Source: Mustelus asterias
Taxonomy: Eukaryota
NCBI RefSeq assembly: GCF_964213995.1
Contig: NC_135808.1
Location: 22,692,001-22,756,000 of the forward strand
Direction of reading: 5' to 3'
Length of the DNA: 64,000 nucleotides
The translations under genes were made by a program, and so were the position numbers. Below the pieces are notes generated by a model, which had not been told where the DNA came from, ran no database searches, and saw only the letters and a list, made by a program, of their open reading frames with translations. Positions 23,449 through 35,159 of this stretch are shown piece after piece. The stretch's first letter is position 1; every line of letters starts with the position of its first letter.

Positions 23449-25326
23449 CGGTCTGCAGCCCCCATTCACAAGGGTAAGAAGGAGGGAAGAATTTACGTGT
23501 CAGCACTAGTAGGGGGCAGACAATGTGAGATGCTAGTGGACAAAGCAGCGTCCATATCTGTCACCGACCTACCCTTCCCCACTACAAATAAAATGATTTC
23601 CCTGACTGGGATAGGAGGGAACAAAACACCCGCCTACCTGAGCGAGACCACGTTAGTAGAGATAAATAATCTGTATATACCAATGAGGTTTTGTGTGTGC
23701 AAAAATAACGAGGGTACAATAATGGGAAATGATCTGATGAAAGAATATGAGATTCTGCTCGACTGTTGAAAAGGAGAATTAATCTGGCCAAGACAGGACG
23801 GTCGGAAAACTAGAACAGGGAAACTTACAAGTCACCTCGAAACTATTAAGGTAGCCACAGTCACCACCAGAAATTGGGAATTAGAAACAGGAGGGTTCGG
23901 AGCCATCTGTGCCCCTGTCCCCGGAATATGGTCGAAAACGAAGTTAGATACTGGTTTGACTAAAACAGACCCAATAAAGGTACCGGGACCAGAGCATAAG
24001 CCACACCGACAATACCCAATCAAACCCGAGGCAGAGAAAGCTGTAGTGGAGATAGTTAAAGGGTTAGTGGAAAGGGGGATTCTGAGAGAAACCACAAGCA
24101 CCACTAACTCCCCAACATGGCCAGTGAGCAAGTCTGACGGAAGCTATAGGCTCACGATAGATTACACCGGACTCAATAAAGTCACGTCCAAATTGCACCC
24201 CATCGTAGCAAGCCCTTCGACAATCCTGAATGGACTGAATGGAGCATAAAATATTCACAGTATTGGACATAGCCAACGGATTCTGGTCCTTACCATTTGT
24301 TCCTGAATCCCAAGACAAATTTGCCTTTCCAGTGGGTGAAAAGCAGTACACTTGGACTCGTTTACCACAGGGATTCCACAACAGCCCAGCTATATTCCAT
24401 AGAGCAATGAGTGACATCCTGAACAGAGTAGAACTGCCAGAGGGTAGTATGGTCCTACAATATGTAGATGATATCGTGATAGCTTCAGAGTCCAAGTCAG
24501 GACATCAAGAAGCCTTACATTTAGTACTGAATGAATTAAAAGCTGCAGGGTTAAAGGTGAGCCCCAAAATGGCACAAATCGGGAAAACACAGGTCCTATA
24601 CCGAGGACACGTTATATCCCAAGGACTTAAAGAAATGCCAACAGACTGACAGAAGGCAGTACAACAAATGCCGCGACCCGTCACCATAAGAGGGGTCAGA
24701 AAGGTGCAAGGACTATTCAACTATAGCCAGAGTTTCAACCCAGGGTTCACAAAATTAGCAGAACCCATACAGAGACTCGTCAGAGGGGGAAAACCAGCTT
24801 AAGATCCCGTAGAATGGGGACTCGAGCAGGAAGAGGCTTATCATAGAATCATAGAATTATAGAAACCCGACAGTGCAGAAGGAGGCCATTCGGCCCATCG
24901 AGTCTGCACCGACCACAATCCCACCCAGGCCCTACCCCCACATATTTAGCCTCTAATCCCGCTAACCTACGCATCTCAGGACTCTAAGGGGCAATTTTTA
25001 ACCTGGCCAATCAACCTAACCCGCACATCTTTGGACTGTGGGAGGAAACCGGAGCACCCGGAGGAAACCCACGCAGACACGAGGAGAATGTGCAAACTCC
25101 ACACAGACAGTGACCCGAGCCGGGAATCGAACCTGGGACCCTGGAGCTGTGAAGCAGCAGTGCTAACCACTGTGCTACCGTGCCGCCCCCTATACTGAAC
25201 TAAAAACTGACATCAGCCCCTGGACGAGGATTACCCAATTCTAATAAGGACTTCCATATCCATTGTAGAAATGAGAGAGGGTTCTATTCCGCCGTGGTAA
25301 CACAAGATCATGGCGACAGAAATAGA
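23449..25326 (+). pseudogene. pol: ERV-B pro-RT (disrupted; HE1 inserted at 24841-25189; RNase H and most of IN deleted)
   Basis: Degenerate protease LVDKAAS; RT QYPIKPEA, LDIANGFWS, QYTWTRLPQGFHNSP, YVDD. Confidence 0.93.
24841..25189 (-). mobile_element. HE1-type SINE, full length, inserted in ERV-B pol
   Basis: Complete head, core and tail; pol resumes (EQEEAY|TELK) on either side. Confidence 0.93.
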
Positions 25327-25582
25327 TGATGTGGAGATGCCGGCGTTGGACTGGGGTAAACACAGTAAGAAGTTTAACAACACCAGGTTAAAGTCCAACA
25401 GGTTTATTTGGTAGCAAAAGCCACACAAGCTTTCGGAGCTCCAAGCCCCTTCTTCAGATGAGTGGGACTTCTGAATTCCCACTAACCTGAAGAAGGGGCT
25501 TGGAGGTCCGAAAGCTTGTGTGGCTTTTGCTACCAAATAAACCTGTTGGACTTTAACCTGGTGTTGTTAAACTTCTTACTGT
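25327..25582. mobile_element. Penelope-like inverted terminal-repeat pair (palindromic) with minimal hammerhead cores
   Basis: About 110-bp near-perfect inverted arms centred near 25470; each arm has CTGAAGA-aggggcttggag(c/g)tcc-GAAA; same family as 5-162 and about 57010-57165. Confidence 0.75.
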
Positions 25583-25597
25583 ATTTGTGATCCACAG

Positions 25598-25851
25598 GCA
25601 TCCATGTCTTCCAGATGATGACTGGCTGCAACCTGAGGGATGATGGGACTACGAGTGCATTCAACCAGTTTGGGTGGGATGGACAGGATGTTCTCAGCTT
25701 CGACAAGGATCACATGGTGTGGGTGACCCCAGTGCTCTGGGGAGATGTCATCAAAAACTATCTTGATAGGGACACTGCCAACAATGAGCGACTCAAACAA
25801 TTCCTGGAGGTGGACTATATTGAGTAACTGAGGTAATTCCTCAAGTTCGGG
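25598..25851 (+). pseudogene. MHC class I alpha-2 domain exon, pseudogenised, embedded in ERV-B
   Basis: Phase-1 acceptor tccacag|GC; reads GIHVFQMMTGCNLRDDGTTSAFNQFGWDGQDVLSFDKDHMVWVTPVLWGDVIKNYLDRDTANNERLKQFLEVDYIE*LR*FLKFG, the canonical HxxQxMxGC…DGxD…C/W pattern with the second Cys changed to Tyr and two stops. Confidence 0.92.
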
Positions 25852-25962
25852 ACATATGAAGTTATAATTAGTGGAGACACCTGTGCCTGTATAGACATAA
25901 GAGGGAAAGGTGTCTGGAAACACTGGACACAACTAAAATTACACAAGGGAACAAATAAGTAA
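25852..25962 (+). pseudogene. pol: ERV-B integrase C-terminal tail
   Basis: TYEVIISGDTCACIDIRGKGVWKHWTQLK…* aligns with ERV-C GPHEIILTSDTCACVDVKGKGRWKRWSQLK. Confidence 0.88.
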
Positions 25963-26002
25963 TTAAATTGATGAACTAACAGAACTGATTTCCTCAACAC
26001 AG

Positions 26003-27594
26003 GCAAAGACTGCAAACAAGAACGACTGGTGCGCGCGGGTTGATAGATAATATAACTTGTAAAGATTATATGAATTATCGTGTTAGGTTTGATATTTGAT
26101 CGTTGTGAATATGTATTTAATCGCGTATGTAACTGTACTACTTTGCATTGCCGCGACTGTAAATTTAACTGGATTGGAGGATAACTTGTTTTACAAAGCT
26201 CACATAAATTAAGACGGGAATCGAACTGTATGTTACCCGTTAGCACAATTGGTAGAAGCCCTATTTGTAGCCACCCCTGGGTGGACCCCTCATGACTTAT
26301 GTACTGTAGATACATCAGATACACCCTGCAAGGGACAAATTGGCAAATATAAAAGAGGTATACAGGGGAGACGTGTGGGACTTGTAAATCCCACAGATCC
26401 TGTGTTCAGGGGGTTCCAACAGGTGGGAGGAATAGCTTGTTCAGATACTGCAAGCTATCCGCTTTGTTTTATGGGGCAGGGAGGGGATGTGCCTATGCCT
26501 TGGTCCCAAAGAATTATTCCTGCGTACAGATGCAGTGTGTCCGTCAACATTGTCAGATTAATAAGGGACAGTTTACTTGCACTTGTGATGAACAGAAATG
26601 TCTCAATATAACTGCGGACAATGCAATGGAACTCACGTAATCTCAGCCAAATGGACATACCCATTTGATACTTACCAGGTGGTGGGGTCAAACGGGGAGT
26701 CAAGTAAACCGAACAATTGGCAATATGAACAAACTCATAATCAAGACACTAAATGTTACCGGGCTAAGAAGGGATATGTGTTCCTCTTCAATGGTACTTA
26801 CATGACAGAAACACCAAACCTCCCAAACCATTTTGCAGTCGGAACAATAGGACCACTGACTGTTCCATGCCCTCAGAAGGGGCATATTCGGAGGAGAATA
26901 GTAACTCGGGCTATCAGCAAAAATTCTGCGCTGACTGGGAAGCCCCGGGCACAATGGGATCCTCACTGGGATATGGGTTCCTTGGAGCCTTATCCCTGCG
27001 GAGGGGCGGGGGGTGGGCGGGGTGGGGGGGGGGGGTGGTGGGGGAGGGCAGCAGGAGTGATTAGTGCAAAGAATAGGAATCATATTGTTTGTGGACTAAC
27101 GGTCCTGGGAAACAGCACTTCAAAAGCACTGGAGGCTGTTAACCAAGAAATGGCTGAACTGAGATTATATGCACAGCAGACACAATATGCAGTGGACTAT
27201 CAGTTAGCACAACAAGGGGGAGTGTGTACAATTATAGGCAATAAATGCATAACCCATGTCACGGACGAGTCCTATAACATTACACAGGTCATCAATAGCA
27301 ACAGAAAAACAACTTGATAGCTTCAGACAGGGACCCAAGAAAAGATGTAACTGGCTGGAATGGTTAGTAGGGGGGTTCTGGGAGTCTTACCTATGACATG
27401 GATTGGTCATACTCGTTTCAATTGTAATTGTCTGTTGTCTGACTGTTGGATGCTTTAAAGTCTGTTTTAAAATAATGTTGGCTAGAATTGTGCCAGGAGC
27501 CAGTGTATACATCGAAGAAGAAAACCCGATGAAGATCCCCGAAGACATCAGAAGAAATGAAGAAGGAAAGAAGAACAAAGAATTATACATGTAA
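26003..27594 (+). pseudogene. env: ERV-B env (frameshifted): Cys-rich SU and a TM with a Cys-flanked internal fusion loop
   Basis: Acceptor ctaac…tttcctcaacacag| at 26002; basic cluster RRRIVTR; C-ADWEAPG…GYGFLGALSL…NRNHIV-C-GLTVLGNSTSKAL…AVDYQLAQQGGVCTIIGNKC; anchor LVILVSIVIVCCL. Confidence 0.88.
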
Positions 27595-27647
27595 AAATTG
27601 CTGGTCTAGGGATTAGTGAAACTCATAATCCGACCAAAAGTGGGGAC

Positions 27648-28276
27648 TGAAGTGGGAAAAATATACAGATGGGTACACATAAAATGGCTGTCTGGCACAT
27701 AAACAGTCACCTCGGAAAGAGACATTAAACAGGCACTGACGTTCAGTACAGACAACCACCTGAGATTAAAGGACAGACAGCTATTCAAAGTTCAAGATGC
27801 AGGAATCAAATCCTGCAGGAAGCCAGCCAAGGCTTGAGGCACTCTTTCGGATAAGGACAATAGGGTTGGATAACGAAATTAGCTACAGGTGGGATTGGAA
27901 TACCTAACTGCAGGAAAGCCAATTACTGTAAATTACGATATGAATAGATTGAAACTAAAACCACTGATGGCCACTGACAAAGGAAATGTATCCATTCATA
28001 GAACAATGTGATGTTAACATGTTGATGTCTGTATCTGTCCGTATTTGTCTACAGCAATGTGTTAACAATCGATCACCTACTTGATTACAACGATGTGATA
28101 ATGGCTAGATGTCCGGTCCAGCCATTGTGTAAAGGGTATAAAGATGGACTACTCCTATAGTCTCATTGAGAGAAGGTTTGTTGCTTGTTAGTGCCTTTTC
28201 TTCACGAAGCTTCGTTAAAATAAAACTGTATTCTTGAAACCTTCAAGCCTGACTCAGTGGTACACTTCCCACAACA
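27648..28276 (+). repeat. ERV-B 3' LTR (629 bp)
   Basis: Follows PPT aaaagtggggac; TG…CA ends with inverted TGAAGTGGGAA / TTCCCACAACA; AATAAA near 28220. Confidence 0.92.
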
Positions 28277-28374
28277 GTGACCAAGATGAAGATCGTTGTA
28301 GAAACACGTCTGCTTCATTAATATTCTTTAGGGTAGGAATACAGCCATCCTTACTTGGTCTGGTCCATATGTGC

Positions 28375-28893
28375 TTCATTTATGGAGTAACATAGGAAGC
28401 ATCCTTTCCGGATGTATCACAGCTTGGTCTGGCCCCTTCTCTGATCAAGACCACAATAAATTACAAAGAGTTGTGAATGAAGCCCAATCCATCAGGCAAA
28501 TAATCCTCCCACCCATTGACTCCCTCCACGCTTCCCGCTGTCTCAGAAAAACATCAAGCATAATGAAGGACGCCACACACCCCGGATACACTCTCTTCCA
28601 CCTTCTTCTGTCAGGAAAAAGACACTAAAGTCTGAGGTCACACACTAACAAATCAAGATAATCTTCTCTCTGCTGCCATCACACTTTTGAATGGACCTAA
28701 ACAGATCATATTAAATTGATCTTTCTCGACACCCCAGCTATGACTTAGCTTTATATTAAGGACCAACTCCTTTCCATCTCCCCTCTGAACTCCAGGAACG
28801 CTATGCTTTTTCTATATGTTACCTCAGAAACAATATTTTCCACTGTATACTAATACACGTGACAATAATAAATCAGGTCAAATCAAATCAAAC
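28375..28893 (+). mobile_element. Rex1/Babar-type LINE 3' fragment (a second 3' end at about 30280-30485)
   Basis: IGSILSGCITAWSG…LQRVVNEAQSI…CLRKTSSIMKDATHPGYTLFHLLLSGKR motif and an (aaatc)n tail. Confidence 0.75.
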
Positions 28894-29179
28894 ACCGGAG
28901 AATAACTAGTCGCAGAATTCAATTAGTAACATGTCCAGATGCTCAGGGTCACACTTTAGGACAGGATGGGAATGTCCATCAAAGCGATCCCTCAAACAGT
29001 GTTTGCTGTTTCCCATATATAAGGGAACACATCATGAGCAGAGAATACAGCTGTTAGAGTGAAAGGAATACAAATAAGTTGTTTCTCCATGTGTATGCAT
29101 TTTGCGAAGTAAGAAGGTGAAAGGTTAGGCGATGTATCTGTGTGTATGGATAGTGAGTTGTTTCGGGAACGAGACTGGT

Positions 29180-29440
29180 TAGAGGGTGTGACGGGAAGAG
29201 CGGACCAATGTCTTGCAAGGGGCGAAGGCGGGAGAGGAGATGAAGATGAGTTTGGAGGTGGAATTGCGCTGGAACTGGAGGAAAAGCAACGGGAGGTCTG
29301 TTGAATGTTCAAGGTGAGGAATGTGTCATCATCATCAAAGCTGAATCCGAGACTGAGAAACAGGGAAAAAAAGAAATGACGCATGTCCAGGAAGTCGGGT
29401 GGATGAAAACCTAATCAAGTGAACTGGGGAAATCAGTGCG
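29180..29440 (-). mobile_element. Degraded Penelope-like RT-thumb fragment
   Basis: SLFLSLGFSFDDDDTF resembles the PLE SQFLRLRRICSDD motif; very decayed. Confidence 0.45.
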
Positions 29441-31017
29441 TAGTAAAGATTGCTGAACAGCCATTCCCCTGAAATGGAGAGAGATAAGTCGGGAAGCAAA
29501 TGAGATGAATCATCTGAAGATGGGCCGTGTGGCCTCCTGTGCATTGTAGACATTCTATAAAATACTACTCGGGTTAGATTAAGAGTGATTAAGAGCCATT
29601 CGGCCCATCGTGTGGGGCATAAATACCGACTGAAACCAATTGGACGGACAATTTCAGAGCTGTAAATGCAATGTTGTTCTATGTTGCTGGATTTTTATTT
29701 AAGAAGTCAACAGTTGTTTCATAATATTGCAGACATTGAAATGACTTACTGATGAAGAAGGGCACTACTATTCATCTCAATATTAACACTATAATTGTAT
29801 TAATGCTTACTGTCCTCAGGCTGATATCTGTGTTATGAAGGCCTATTTCGATGCTCGGCCTGAGAGAAAACACCTCATTGAGCTAAGGGTGGAAATTGGT
29901 GCTGGTTACATATGTTAAATAGATAATTACTGGTCTGTCAAATTAATCCATTACAGGAATGGATACCCAGTGCCCGATGCAATGTACAGACTATCAAATA
30001 CAACACTTGTAAGCACAGAACATTGTTGGAAAAAATAATCAGCACTGCATTGGTTAGCACACAGTGTTTGCAGCAATCATACTTATTAGAACCCCAGAAT
30101 CCCTCCAGCGCAGAAGGAGACAATTCGGCCCATCGAGTCTATGCAGACTCTCCGATGGAACGTCTTACACCCCCCCCCCCCCACCCCCTCATCCTTCTGC
30201 CCTTTTCCCTTAACCCCATTAACAATGGCCAAACCATCTAATCTGCACATCTTTGGACACTAAGGACAATTGAGCATCACATAATCAGACTTTTGAATGG
30301 AACTACCATATATCAAGCTTTTCTTTCTCTGCAACCTGGCTGTTAAGACAAGACTATATGCAACACCCACTACTTTCCTTCTCCCCTATGTACTCTACGA
30401 ATGTTATATTTTGTCTGTACAACAGGCAATAATCAATACTTTACACTGTTTCCAAATGCATCTAACAATAATAAATCAAATCAGATGAAAAATAGAGCAC
30501 CCGGAGAAAGCACACAAAAACATGTGAGAACGTGCAAACTATGCACAGTCACTCTAATAGCAATTCATTCTTCAAACTGTTGGAATGCATTCAACGTGTT
30601 CTCCATCTCTTATCTGCCGTTAAATAGTGGAGATCTGTTTCTCTTCGTGTAAGTTGAAATAGAAAGATCAATATCAATACATTTCATTGGAAACATGTAA
30701 TGAAACAACTGGAAAAGTCTCCTGTGTTACCATTGGTTACGTTGATAACTACGAAGACAAATCTACGGAGTGGAGAGAAAGATCAGTCACCACAAACAAT
30801 GATACAGAAAATTAATCAGTTTGTACTGCTCAAGTGACTGCCCCACACTCAATTCTATTGTGACAGATACTCCCAGGAATACTTTCCAAATGAGAATTAA
30901 CTGATAGCGGTACGACTGTGACCACTAGATCAGCATGCAATATTATGAGGCACAGTGTAAAACCAGAGACCAGCTCACATGCACATATACTTAAATTCAC
31001 TTGTTGTAGCTATGCAC

Positions 31018-31081
31018 CAGGAACACCAATGACAGCAAGAGTCATGTAGTACACTTTCCCGAAACTATCAAGGGATTCCAT
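31018..31081 (-). CDS. First coding exon of a GPR139-like paralog; no minus-strand exon 2 found (probably orphaned)
   Basis: ATG at 31081 gives MESLDSFGKVYYMTLAVIGVP, then G|gtgcat (weak donor); 64 bp; promoter homologous to that of 1030-1093. Confidence 0.8.
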
Positions 31082-31769
31082 GCTCCCCTGTCCCTTCACT
31101 GTGTTGGCAATCACTAGGAATTAAATTCTGAGTTGATGCAGTCATATAACTTATATCATGTGAGATTTCCACTGAGACTATGAAGTTGCAAACAGATGAT
31201 CACTCCCATGTTCGGTCCCTGTTGTGGGAGACTTAATTGGTAAACCCTAAAAATACCGCAACTTCAGTTACATTAATTAACTAATGAAAATTGGAAGCTC
31301 AATTGTTCCAGCAACAGTGATGAATATTCAAAGGTCATCAAGGTCCATCTCTAAATCTCATAGGTGGGAATAAAGAAACACAGAAAGGCCAACGAATCCA
31401 TCGTGCCTGGTCCGCTATTTGGACCATCGAGCCTTGTCCGCCAATTAACTAGATAGTGGCTGATCTTCCACCTCAATGAAACTTTCTTACACTATATTCA
31501 TATTGTTTGATGTCATTTTTGCCTCCGAATCTATCGATCTCTGCTTTGAACAATCTCAACCATCAAGGTTTCACAGTCCTCTCTGAGGCAGTGAACACCA
31601 AAAGGTCTATACCTGCTGTCTGAAGATGCTCCTTCTCATCTCGTTGACAAATGGTGTAACTCTTGTTCTGAGATTGAGACGATGGTTCTAACCAACCCCC
31701 ACTCCTGCGCAACACCCCCAAGACACACACACTGTTACCTCTCACCCTAACACCTTGGAGGATCAAAGA

Positions 31770-32082
31770 GAATCACAAAATCACCAGTGCAAAAGGGGGC
31801 CATTCGGCCCACCGGGTCTGCACTGACATCAATCCAACTCAGCCCCATCGCCTCATGTATTTACCCTGCCAATCCCCCTGACACTAAGTGGCAATTCAAT
31901 ATGGCCAATCACCATATCCCGCACATTTTTGGACTGTGGGAGGAAATCAGAGCACCCGGAGGAAACCCACATAGACCCAGGGAGAATGTGAAAACTCCAT
32001 GCACATAGTGACCCAAGCCAGGAATCGAACCTGGATCCCTGCTACTTTGAGGCAGCAGTGCTACCCACCGTGCCACCGTACC
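31770..32082 (-). mobile_element. HE1-type SINE, diverged
   Basis: Head, core and tail motifs as in the other copies. Confidence 0.85.
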
Positions 32083-32399
32083 ACACCTTCACTTCAGCTG
32101 CACTTCATACTGCTGCCTTCAGTCAGGAATTGACTTCTGAGGTTGAGATGTGCTCTCTGGGTGGCAGTAATTTGACCTTGGATGTAGCTGCCCTCTTCAT
32201 CTGCTGCAATTTGTTAAATAAGTCAAGTGGGGGAATTGATTCAACTTATTTTCAAACTTCTTCAAAAACTCCAAACAATGTTGTCACTCAGAATAATACA
32301 GAAGCTCAAGCCAAACAGCACGTCAAACACGTTCCTCATTGTCCAGGAGCAGGTGGTGTTGAGCAGGTGGTGTTGAGCCATCTTACGGTGCTACTGCAG

Positions 32400-33140
32400 T
32401 CCAACTGCCTGTTAGGCAGGGAGTATCAGGATGTTAATGTAGTGACCATATGATCAGTGAAATAAGCCCTTATGCTTTGTTGTTTTAATCTGGAAGTAAA
32501 GGTGATTTGTCTCCATGTAGTTATTGCCTTTCTCATTCCAGATGGTAAAGGTTGCAGGTTTGGAATGAGCTGTGGAAGGAGAGATTGTTCTCTCTTTCGA
32601 AGAGAGTTGTTCCAGTGCATCTTATATATGTGCACACTGCAGCAAACGTGCACTGGTAAGGAAGGATTGAATCTTCATGGTGGCAGAATGGATCACGTCC
32701 TCTGTGGTGTGGAGCTTCTTGGGTGTTGTTGGAATCACTTTCATCCGGGAAAATGAAGATTTTTCAATCAGACTCCTGACTTGTGCCTTGCAGAGGGTGA
32801 ACAGTGTTTGAGGAGCCAGGCTGTGATCTACTCCTTGCAGCATATCCAACTCCGGTTGCATGTGTATCCACAGAACCATGTCTTGTGTATGACACTTCCG
32901 AAATGATTACCATTGCCTGGCACTTCTGTGTCATAATGGTTTTCGCCACTTATCAGCCTAAGTCAGAATCGTGCTCATTCCTGCTGTATATGGACGATGA
33001 CTGTTTCAGTATCTGAAGAGTCATGAAGAGTACTGTGAACTGGTGAGCAGTTAGCTGACACTCCCATTTAGATCCCATGATGGTAGGGAAGATAACCGAT
33101 GATGCAGCTGAATATAGTTGGGCCTAGAACACTATGCCTT
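32400..33140 (-). mobile_element. Degraded CR1-group LINE 3' fragment
   Basis: Minus strand LFTLCKAQVRSLIEKS; same family as 5760-6740. Confidence 0.6.
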
Positions 33141-33289
33141 GGATTCTTATCTTTTGCCCATGTTTGACCGAGGGTGTAATTAGTTCGGGAACCAAACAGT
33201 TCCGGCAGAGCTCATCCCGAGCAGCAATGAGCAAGATAATACTGAGTTAATCCTGATTGGTGCCATTGTCAGAAACATCTTCAACCGTT

Positions 33290-34380
33290 GATGAGGACAT
33301 AGCTTATTTGGCCTGATTGAATGCTCTTTGTGGACGGGAACATAGTCCTTCAGGGGTTGAGCATGCAGGCCTGAGAGCCAGCTCCGCCAGTCAATAAGAT
33401 CATAGTGGGATCTCAACTCCACTTTTCTATCTGCCCACTGCCCACTCCCTCCTATAACCCCTGACTCCAATGCCTCTCAAAGTTGTCTCGAGCTCTGTCT
33501 TAAATACTTTGATGTCCCAGTTTCCATTGTTTTCTGGTGAAGAGCATCCCAGATAAAAATGACAAATTGAGTGAAAACAATTGTCCTCATCTCCATCTTA
33601 AATGGTAGACCGTTTATTTGTAAATTGTATCCCCTAGTTCTAATCTCTCCCACAGGTGCCGCCTCAGCCATGCCATGTCGAGCCGCAATAACGTTTTCCT
33701 ACTTCTACATTCCATTTCCCTCGCAATGAACACAAACATTTTATTTGTCTTCCTAATCACTTGCTGGACCTGCAGGTTACCTTTTCTTGGTACATTTTGC
33801 AGGACAACTGTGCCACTGAGTTGTGCAAACCTTTTCACTTGAAATTGGATCCTGCCACGTGAACAAGGTCCCACTTCCCACATTGTACTCTAGCCATTTT
33901 ATGCACGGTCACTTAACCTGCTGGTGTCCCTTTCCAAGGTTTCTATCTCCTCATGGCAACTAATGTTCCGAATTTTCTTGGTACGTTTGAACATTTATCT
34001 CCCATTCATTTGTTCCCTTCATCCGAACCATGAATGCAGATCATAAATAGTTAAAAGCACTGGCCCCTGAGGCACTCCACTACCTACCCCGAAAAATATC
34101 CATTCACGCCTATTAAGTAACCCATCCTTTACCCATAATAATATGTTACACGCTGCACCAAGCAGCCATATTCTGTGTCGTAACAATTGATGTTGCACCT
34201 TATCATGTTTTGAATTCTAAGCACCCCATATCTACTGAATCCCCCCTTGTCCACGAAGTATTTTTATTCCTAAAAAAATAGTTAAACACTATTTGTTTTG
34301 TACGAAACCAAGTTAACTCTGCCTAGTCAAATTATTGTCTTTTAAATATCCTGCTATGGTCTCCTTCAAAATGCATCTTT
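33290..34380 (-). mobile_element. Degraded CR1 LINE RT/3' region
   Basis: Minus strand QVQQVIRKTNKMFVFIAREMECRSRK and IRTRGYNL…FTQ motifs. Confidence 0.7.
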
Positions 34381-35159
34381 TCTTTTTACAGGACATGTCA
34401 TGGAAATTTACAGTAAATTTCACTCTTCCCCGAGTAACCAGGCCTGCAATCTGAAAATGAAAACCCATTTTACTCCACAACTCCCTCTGAGTCATGAGTT
34501 GAATGACCGAATGAGCTCGAATCCATATTCTCAGTTTGTCATGAACGACAAGCGGGCAGGCAGCACGATATTCAGAGCTCCCGGCCGCTTTTGTTTCTCT
34601 GAACGTAATTTGAGGAAAGATATGAAATTCATTTTGAAATGCATTACAAGCTTTTTATAGCATTTCCCCGCCCCCACGATCGCCCACAATCCGCCCCCCT
34701 CCCCCAACGACTCATTTTTGCAGTGTCTTTTTGCAGTGTCTCCCACGACTCCTTTTGCAGCCTCTTTGTCACCCTGTACGGTTCTTTACATCTTCTGTGT
34801 CATCAAGACTTGTGTCATGTTTGTATTTTTTATGCATATCTTTATTTTTGTATTGTCTATTACCTCTTTATCCTCCACAGCTGTTTCTGTTGGCAGCTGC
34901 GCCTCTTGCTCTTTAGGGGCAAAAGACTGTTCTATTTCATGTTAGATTCATTTTTTCACACCTACCTATTTTCTATCATTTTAAACATTGTCAGACTTGA
35001 CAATTTATGTGGACCATTTTTGAATGTCGGCATCCACCTTGTCTGAGCCGAGGATCTTAATATCTGTTGAGCACACCGCCACCGTTGTCTACCCTCATCC
35101 CCACTCCGCCCACCAGTCCTTTTCAAAACATTCCACTCAGTGGATCCTTTTTTGAAGAC

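Larger units (their letters stand above)
20809..28276 (+). mobile_element. ERV-B: defective endogenous retrovirus with spuma-like (class III-like) pol, filovirus-GP2-like env and an internal MHC class I exon
   Basis: LTR-PBS-gag-pro-RT-(insertions)-IN tail-env-PPT-LTR order; LTR termini TGAAGTG…CACAACA; no TSD (cccag vs gtga). Confidence 0.93.

Noticed and set aside
25115-25189. tRNA-like sequence with A/B boxes (also at the heads of other copies)
   Set aside because: These are SINE heads followed by the HE1 core and tail, not tRNA genes.
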